NCBI GenBank assembly: GCA_041671325.1
Contig: JBAZBR010000004.1
Location: 4,004-68,003 of the forward strand
Source of the DNA: Patescibacteria group bacterium
Lineage (GTDB): Bacteria; Patescibacteriota; Patescibacteriia; PEXW01
DNA length: 64,000 nt
Direction: 5' to 3'
Positions 57,583-64,000 of the stretch are shown here, piece after piece. Made by a program: the position numbers and the translations under genes. Under the pieces are notes generated by a model, which had not been told where the DNA came from, searched no databases, and saw nothing but the letters and a program-made list of their open reading frames with translations. Each line of letters starts with the position of its first letter. Within the stretch, counting starts at the first letter, position 1.

Positions 57583-58521
57583 TTATTCTTCGCAAATATT
57601 AAGGATGGTATTCGCGATCATCGGGGCCAGGGAAAGTACCTGGATTTTCGAGTCATCACGCTTTTCCCAGGGCAGGTAAATGGAATCAGTGATGTAGACT
57701 TTCTTAATGAACGGGCGGTCTTCAATGCGATGCACGGCATTTGCGGAGAGTACGCCATGCGTGGCCATTTGGGTCAGGTCAAGCGCGCCTAGGCGTTCAA
57801 GCAAGTCCGCGTTTACCGTTAAAGTGCCTGCGGTTGCAATTTCGTCATCCTTACAAAGCACGTGTTTGCCCTTCACGTCACCTTCAAAATTTTCGATAGT
57901 CGTTTCCTCGTGCTCGGGATGCAGCTTCGCGGTTTTCGCCAAGGTCATTTGAAGTTCTTTGGCCATGCGTTCACAGCTTTCATGTCTCCCGCTATCGGGC
58001 TGGAGAAACACCCAATTCGCCAGCCGTCTGCCCCGTAGTACGTCAATAAAAAGCGGGTCGGGGTCGATGTGGTAGACTTTCATGCCAGCATTTTCAAAGT
58101 GCTTTATGGTATCCGGATGATGGATGTCCACTAGGACAACGTCAGTCGCACCGGCGCAAGCCAAGAAATCCGCCATAAGTTCGGACATCACCGCTTCGCC
58201 GCCGCTTTGGTCTCGCTCTTGCCGGCGAAAGCCCATAAAGGGCATGACCGCAATAAGGCGTCTGGGCTTCCGTTTGCTCAACGGACGGACCAGCCCCCAG
58301 AGGTCGAAGTAGGATTTCGTCGCCGGGCACGCGGTGGAATTAATCACCACCGCGATATCATCAGGCATAACCTGCTCACAGCTTACAATCCGGTACCAGG
58401 GTTCCAAATCGGCGAATTCCTTAATGCGGGTATGTCCGCGTTGGACGCCGAGGTGGCGGCAAATTTCTTGGGTAAGCTTATGGCTCTCCCGGCCGCAGAA
58501 GACTAAAGGTATGTTTTTCAA
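57583..58521 (-). CDS. prs: Ribose-phosphate pyrophosphokinase (divergent)
   Basis: FADLE, MPFMGFRRQER, VDIH, QPDSG, DDEIATAGTL, ATHGVLS, TDSI. Confidence 0.85.
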   Translation of the reverse strand: MKNIPLVFCGRESHKLTQEICRHLGVQRGHTRIKEFADLEPWYRIVSCEQVMPDDIAVVINSTACPATKSYFDLWGLVRPLSKRKPRRLIAVMPFMGFRRQERDQSGGEAVMSELMADFLACAGATDVVLVDIHHPDTIKHFENAGMKVYHIDPDPLFIDVLRGRRLANWVFLQPDSGRHESCERMAKELQMTLAKTAKLHPEHEETTIENFEGDVKGKHVLCKDDEIATAGTLTVNADLLERLGALDLTQMATHGVLSANAVHRIEDRPFIKKVYITDSIYLPWEKRDDSKIQVLSLAPMIANTILNICEE

Positions 58522-58673
58522 CTTGCACTCCTTTGATATGGAAATACCTATTTTTGTTCTTGTGTTTAGTAAATTAGCTTAGTTAAAAAAGAGGGTGTTT
58601 GTCAAATAAAGACTTAAAAATATCCCCCATAGCGGCTGCTACAGGGGATTGGTTCTGTCTAAATAACGATTGA

Positions 58674-59666
58674 CTACTCGTACTTTTTTAGTACGGAATA
58701 GTATTTGTTTTTCTGGGTGTAAGTCGTGGAGAACTCAAGTAAAAGCCTGGCTTGGGATTCTGGGAACTGTTGCAGAAGTTCAATAGCCTCAGCACATAGT
58801 GCAAAAGCTTTAGTTTTGCCATAAGCTATTGCCCCAGACTGGACCATAATCCTTCTGACCGTATCAATTTCGACTGTTGATAGTTTTCTTTTACCAAAAA
58901 GTGGATGTAAGGTTTCCCAGTTTGCTTGCGGCGCTTGTTCGCGGACAAAAATAATCGGCAGGGTAGATTTCCCTTGGCGAAAATCTTCAAGCTTTTTACC
59001 AAAGTCCCAGGTATCATTGGCAATGATATGTGCCATACCGATTTTTTTGCCTATTTCGCCCAACAGAATAATTTCTGAGTCTGTGCCTTTTCCGAGAATA
59101 CCACCGATCCTCAATGCCCACTTCCAGAAATTATAACCCTCAGCTTTAAGCATGTAGTAAGCTTCATCAGTGCCATGCAGAGATAAATCTATGGCAGCAC
59201 CTTGGAGGGTATTTTCATCGAGCTGAGACATCTCCCTTAAGAAGTGTTGGAAACAATCCTGAGAAATACGGTTGCCGATATCGCAGGCCATGGTGTTAGC
59301 AATTGAGTACAGGCCGACGGCTTGGAGCAAGAGCGCGCTGTCCGCCTCTTTATCAATGACGTCGTCAAGGCAATAGTATGCCGTATCTTTTACTTCAATC
59401 GCGCCGCAAACAGGAATAATGTCATGCCAATTTTTGCCGCCGACTAATTCATAAGCCAGTCTGACCGTGGCTGGCCTTAGCTGAGGCATCCCAAGTCTAT
59501 ACCTTTGAAGCAAGCGCTCTCTGATTTCTGGGAATAGCAGGAAATGACTTCCAACAAAATTCTTGACAAAAGGATCAACTTTTTCCGCTGTCTTATGTAA
59601 ATATTCAAAGTACTGCATTCGGAGCCGGTAAGATCTCCGTTTGTTTTCGCGACCGGTTTTACCCAT
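58674..59666 (-). CDS. Polyprenyl synthetase family protein
   Basis: LRP, LDDVID, QG..ID, IG.A..IAND..D, DF.QGK.TLP. Confidence 0.82.
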   Translation of the reverse strand: MGKTGRENKRRSYRLRMQYFEYLHKTAEKVDPFVKNFVGSHFLLFPEIRERLLQRYRLGMPQLRPATVRLAYELVGGKNWHDIIPVCGAIEVKDTAYYCLDDVIDKEADSALLLQAVGLYSIANTMACDIGNRISQDCFQHFLREMSQLDENTLQGAAIDLSLHGTDEAYYMLKAEGYNFWKWALRIGGILGKGTDSEIILLGEIGKKIGMAHIIANDTWDFGKKLEDFRQGKSTLPIIFVREQAPQANWETLHPLFGKRKLSTVEIDTVRRIMVQSGAIAYGKTKAFALCAEAIELLQQFPESQARLLLEFSTTYTQKNKYYSVLKKYE

Positions 59667-60027
59667 CGCTTTCTCCTTTATTTTTCAAACAACTTTGTGG
59701 TTTCTATTTAATAAATAAACTTACTGCCGGGGACCCGGCTTTGTCAAATAAAAATACCCGTCCTAAACAGTTATTGGAATCATTGAATAATTGATAAATT
59801 TATTCCAATCCATTGACATAACCGCTGCCCCATATTAATATGAGCCATTAATCAGCACCTTGAAAAATCGCATGCAAATACGTAGTCATAGCCAAAAGGC
59901 ACTATTAAGCCACCTCATGCTGAATTAAAAAGGGGAATGGTTTTTTCTGGCTATGACTACCAAGCTGGCAGTCCTCTAGCAGTAAACAAAAAATGGCGAA
60001 AACCTGAAACAGAAAGGAAAAAGCGCC

Positions 60028-60642
60028 ATGATTATTGATCAATTTAGGGATTTTAGCGCCCGAGTAATCCAGAATCTGCCGGACATGGATTCCCGTCAGA
60101 TGCAAGCGTTTATCGATAATCCTAAAAGGCTTAAGAAAGTTCTCCTTGAAGCATTCTGTCCAGTAGTCAGAATTGGTAAGATCACGACCAATAATCGTTC
60201 TGTTAAAAAGTGTATAGCTGATCTTAAACAGAGAGATTTTTATATCAGCGAATTTGTGGGAGACATGCTTCAAAACAAAAAGTTCGTTGTTACGAACGGC
60301 ATAACATACGAACTCGTCCTAATAAAGGGCGATGAATTTACGGATAGAACTAGGACACCCAGAAATATTAGAAAACTGGCTAGTGCTCATGGTCTTCTTG
60401 CTCCACCCGTTGGACTAGGCCCTTACTTGAGAGAGATGTTTTCAGGTGAAGATCTCAAAAAGATGGGTTTCTTGGAGCTCGTTCTCATGCATGAACCCGT
60501 CACTTTTTCATCTGGTATTTTTGGAGGTCTATACCATGTCTTTGATGTCAGTGGCGATCATGAACTGAAGACCTGCGATTGCCGTCTTGACGTCGAGTTG
60601 GATTGTAAGATTGGGTTCGTATTCTGGGATCCTGCAAAGTAG
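60028..60642 (+). CDS. Hypothetical protein
   Basis: 204-aa ORF with aaagga SD and downstream hairpin. Confidence 0.7.
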   Translation: MIIDQFRDFSARVIQNLPDMDSRQMQAFIDNPKRLKKVLLEAFCPVVRIGKITTNNRSVKKCIADLKQRDFYISEFVGDMLQNKKFVVTNGITYELVLIKGDEFTDRTRTPRNIRKLASAHGLLAPPVGLGPYLREMFSGEDLKKMGFLELVLMHEPVTFSSGIFGGLYHVFDVSGDHELKTCDCRLDVELDCKIGFVFWDPAK

Positions 60643-60744
60643 CTTCAGTCCTTTTTCGAAAAATTAACGACCCGCGTCGTATCAATGGTGCGGGTCGTTT
60701 TATTTTATCTTAAAATTTAACAGCTTTCTACGCCGATGATTTTT

Positions 60745-62601
60745 TTAAGTTCCGCTGTCGTGGGAAATGCTGGTCCGCATGCTGGCTGACAAGGTCAAGA
60801 TAGTCTTAAGTTTTTTCAGAGTCGTACTGCTGAAAACCAATAAGTTCGGCTGGGAGTTGCCAGCCCGACTGACCAGGATTTCCGCCTTGCCGTCATTGTT
60901 AATATCCCCAGTAGAAAGCCGGACACCGGTTTTGTCAGTTTTGGTAAAAGCGTAAAAGGATTGTTTTTGGAGTTGGAGCGTATTTAGACCGAGGAATTTC
61001 AGGATTTTAACTTGGGGTCCAAAACTTGCTCTGGGTCCTATAATGACTTCAGCTTTGCCGTCATTGTTCAAATCACCAACGGCTAAAGCATAGCCAGTCC
61101 TCAAGCCGGAAGCGTAAATTTTGGTTTTCTGGCTGATTTGCTTGAAAACTTTTTTAGTGTTTAATTGGAAAACTTTGACGGTCGGGCTGCCATTATTGAA
61201 TGGCGCGGTCAAGATTTCCGCTTTGCCGTCAGCGTTCACGTCGCCAACAGCCAAGGCAATGCCGTTTTTAAAGCTTGTTGATTCAGCATTAAATTCTTTC
61301 AGGATTTGGGTGTAGCGGCCATTTTTAAAACCATAAATCCTGACATTCGGCGAACCCTTTTGCTTGGCTGTGATAATTTCCGCTTTGCCGTCGGCATTCA
61401 CATCGCCGACCGCGATGTTCACGCCATCTTTATATTTATCGCCATAAGGCAGGAAAGTCGCCAGCCGAGAACCGTCTTTCCGGAAAATCCGAATTTCCGC
61501 TTTTCGCCCAGAGCCAGGGGCGACAATAATTTCGCCCAAACCGTCTTCGCCCAAGTCTTTCAATTTCACCTGGATCCCGCCACGGAAGGTTTTTTCATAC
61601 GCCAGGAAAGATTTAATAAGGCCGCCATTTTTATTGAGCAAAGTTACGCGCGGTTCATTTTTGCCTTCCGGACCGACGACAATAAAAATTGTCAAAGCCA
61701 CCTGGAATTCCGCTTCAGCCGGTGAAGGGTCAATATTGCCCGCCTCATCTTGGCTCCTGACTTTGAAGGTGTGCTTACCATCGGTTAAGTCTTGGTAAGT
61801 CACTCTTTTAATTGCCGTCCAGCTTGACCAAGCTTGGCTGTCCAATTTATAACTGAAAACTAGTTTTTCCGGTTTAGTGGTATCATCCAAGCCTTGCCAA
61901 GTAAAACTGAACCTGGCTGAATTCAAGTCAACCGTCGGGGCGGCCGTAATGTAAGTGTTGGGCGGAATTGAATCGCCTGTATTTTTGGAACAGATTCTGG
62001 TTTCCGCTGGTTTGTTAGTTTCCGTGCCGCAACCAGTTTGGTCCGTGCAAGTCCTGAGTTGCTGGTTGTTCTGACAGGTCAACCATTCCGTGCAATGCCA
62101 ATTTTCCACGCAGTTTGGCAGGGAGATGGAGGCGGTTTTTTTAGTGGCAATATTGGAAAGGCTGGAAACATTGCCGGCGTCATCTGTGGTTTTCAAGGCG
62201 AAGTAATAAGCCTGGTTGGGCTGCAATTGGGCGACCTGCAAACTTTCCGGGCTACCGGCAGTTTTGGGCGAGCCGACATTTGGCGCTTGGGTGGCTAAAG
62301 CCCAATTTGACTCCGTGATGGTCGCGGTGCTGTACCGGATATCGTAACTAGCGGCTTGTCCGGTATTAGCGTCATCACCTGGCGCGGTCCAGGCAAGGTA
62401 TATGGAATTTGTGTCATCAAGGGCCGCGGCTTCAACCGAAGTTATGATGTTTTGCGGAGGGTTAAAACCGTTATTGGAAGCAACAACTAAAGCCGAAAGC
62501 GCCGACCCTGCCCAAAAAGCCACGATGAATAAAGCTAAGACTGGATGAACAGTGGTTTTTTGCTTGGTTTCAGTTTGTTCTAAAAAAGTACTCGGTCGCA
62601 T
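60745..62601 (-). CDS. Secreted FN3 plus FG-GAP/VCBS repeat protein
   Basis: WTAPGDD...YDIRYS (FN3); repeated GDVNADGKAEI. Confidence 0.88.
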   Translation of the reverse strand: MRPSTFLEQTETKQKTTVHPVLALFIVAFWAGSALSALVVASNNGFNPPQNIITSVEAAALDDTNSIYLAWTAPGDDANTGQAASYDIRYSTATITESNWALATQAPNVGSPKTAGSPESLQVAQLQPNQAYYFALKTTDDAGNVSSLSNIATKKTASISLPNCVENWHCTEWLTCQNNQQLRTCTDQTGCGTETNKPAETRICSKNTGDSIPPNTYITAAPTVDLNSARFSFTWQGLDDTTKPEKLVFSYKLDSQAWSSWTAIKRVTYQDLTDGKHTFKVRSQDEAGNIDPSPAEAEFQVALTIFIVVGPEGKNEPRVTLLNKNGGLIKSFLAYEKTFRGGIQVKLKDLGEDGLGEIIVAPGSGRKAEIRIFRKDGSRLATFLPYGDKYKDGVNIAVGDVNADGKAEIITAKQKGSPNVRIYGFKNGRYTQILKEFNAESTSFKNGIALAVGDVNADGKAEILTAPFNNGSPTVKVFQLNTKKVFKQISQKTKIYASGLRTGYALAVGDLNNDGKAEVIIGPRASFGPQVKILKFLGLNTLQLQKQSFYAFTKTDKTGVRLSTGDINNDGKAEILVSRAGNSQPNLLVFSSTTLKKLKTILTLSASMRTSISHDSGT

Positions 62602-62606
62602 ATAAG

Positions 62607-64000
62607 TTAATTAGCGGTTAAATCCGTGACCCTGGCTGGGGGAGTGGCGTCAGATTGGCTTTCGGTTAGCAAATTAATAATTAAGCGCGGGCGCATGCTA
62701 GTATTAGTATTTTCCGAAGAAGCAAAACCCAAGCCCCGCGCATTGGCATTGGCTATTTCCAAAAGCACGCCGCGGTTTGAATAAGCGCCAGTCAGCCATT
62801 TTTGGCAGACATTATCACCGTTAGCCGAAAGGTTAAAAGTAATCCAAGAGCCGGGGGTTTTAAACAAAGGCAGTTCAGGCGAAGTTGGATTTTTTGTGAC
62901 CAAGCTGCTTGAAGTCCGGTCATTGCCATCACTGCTGGCGCCAGCCGAAGTCCAGGCGTTACCCGCAGAAGCGTTGTTCCAGCTGACCGTGCCCTCTGCC
63001 CAATTTTTGATCAGCCGGCGGACTGAAACATCCGTCAGGTTTTTATGGGAATCTTCAGAGGTTGCATAAAGCTGTAAAAGACAATCTTTGACTTTTAGGT
63101 CTGATGAAAGGCTGGCTAGGTTGAACATGATTGCAGTTTTGTAAATCGCGCCAGGCTCGGTCCAAAGTCCCAGTTGTGCCCAGGAATTGGCGCTTTGGCC
63201 GTCAGTTGCCGTCGGCCGGGTACTGCGTAAAGGCGCATCTGCCGTACCAGCATAGCCATTGACGCCTTTTTGCAGGCTGTAATTCGGGCAGGCGTCACTG
63301 CTGTTGTCCACGCATTCCGTGCCTTGGGCATTGCAAGTTCCTGAGCAGTTCTTGTCCGTAGTGCAGGCCTGGTTCGGCCGGCAAGCTTCATAACCGCAAG
63401 CCAAGGCGGGGTTATACAAGTCACCAGTACAGCAATAGCCCGAATACCTTTGGCTGCCTTCGCAAACACAGCCTTTAGCCGAAACTAAGCCGTAAACACT
63501 CGCGCCGGTCGTGCAAGCTTGGCAGGCCGCATCGCTATTGCGGCAATTATCATCTTTATTATTGCCGCAGATTTCTAAAGCCCCGGGATTTACAGCCGCG
63601 TCTGAATTATTGCAATCAACATCCGGGAAACGGCAAGCGGTGGAAGCTGGATTGCCATAGCCATCACCGTCATCATCAACGCAGGTTACTGGACAACCAT
63701 CACCTGTATTATCAACGCAGGCTCCCCAGGCACTGCTACTGCAGGTTTGGGCGCCTGCGCAGCTGGCTGAAGTTGCGCAAGTGCGGGTGGCGCCGTTTGA
63801 GCAAGTTTCCGGAAACCATTCAGTCCAGGGTGATTGGGCCAGATCAATATACGCCCCGGCTTTTAAAGCTAAGGCTTCAGAAGTGGATGTCGGCAAATAG
63901 CTTTTCGGGTCATTTGCCGACAGGCTTGGGTCCTGCATGATCCGGAGCAGGGAAGTTGGCGAAGCCGCAATCGATGAATTTTGGTCCAAGCCAGAATTTG
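62607..64000 (-). CDS. Secreted Cys-rich protein with DNRLRE-like domain (partial, starts beyond window)
   Basis: DDDGDGYG...DCNNSDAAVNPGALEICGN; W.EGTVSWNN...NRGVLL...FASSE...RPRL. Confidence 0.8.
   Translation of the reverse strand, partial: NSGLDQNSSIAASPTSLLRIMQDPSLSANDPKSYLPTSTSEALALKAGAYIDLAQSPWTEWFPETCSNGATRTCATSASCAGAQTCSSSAWGACVDNTGDGCPVTCVDDDGDGYGNPASTACRFPDVDCNNSDAAVNPGALEICGNNKDDNCRNSDAACQACTTGASVYGLVSAKGCVCEGSQRYSGYCCTGDLYNPALACGYEACRPNQACTTDKNCSGTCNAQGTECVDNSSDACPNYSLQKGVNGYAGTADAPLRSTRPTATDGQSANSWAQLGLWTEPGAIYKTAIMFNLASLSSDLKVKDCLLQLYATSEDSHKNLTDVSVRRLIKNWAEGTVSWNNASAGNAWTSAGASSDGNDRTSSSLVTKNPTSPELPLFKTPGSWITFNLSANGDNVCQKWLTGAYSNRGVLLEIANANARGLGFASSENTNTSMRPRLIINLLTESQSDATPPARVTDLTAN

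Overview
About 64 kb of bacterial chromosome. Gene content and style suggest Patescibacteria/CPR (inference): tandem VirB2-like pilins, AT-rich Shine-Dalgarno-less starts on core genes, large secreted lamin-tail/PKD, alpha-2-macroglobulin and FG-GAP proteins. Core genes (polA, holA, rpsT, uvrB, ruvA, ssb, FemAB, tRNA-Leu(TAG), tRNA-Arg(CCG)) are interleaved with many stand-alone accessory genes. Main observations: (1) A recurring '5-prime stub' architecture, in which a diverged copy of the first ~30-50 nt of a gene sits upstream of the intact gene with cargo DNA between. It occurs twice at uvrB and once each at tRNA-Leu, tRNA-Arg and gene 3529. (2) Both tRNAs are followed directly by a ~180-nt structured trailer with compensatory stem changes. 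(3) Nested palindromic mini-elements (up to three levels) occur alongside three GIY-YIG nucleases and a RAYT-type transposase carrying palindromes inside its own ORF. (4) An AT-rich four-gene operon (three winged-helix-like proteins plus a HEPN-like protein) and a GHKL/MORC-like ATPase-HTH operon are candidate uncharacterised defence or chromatin systems. All calls are by eye from motifs; no database searches were run.
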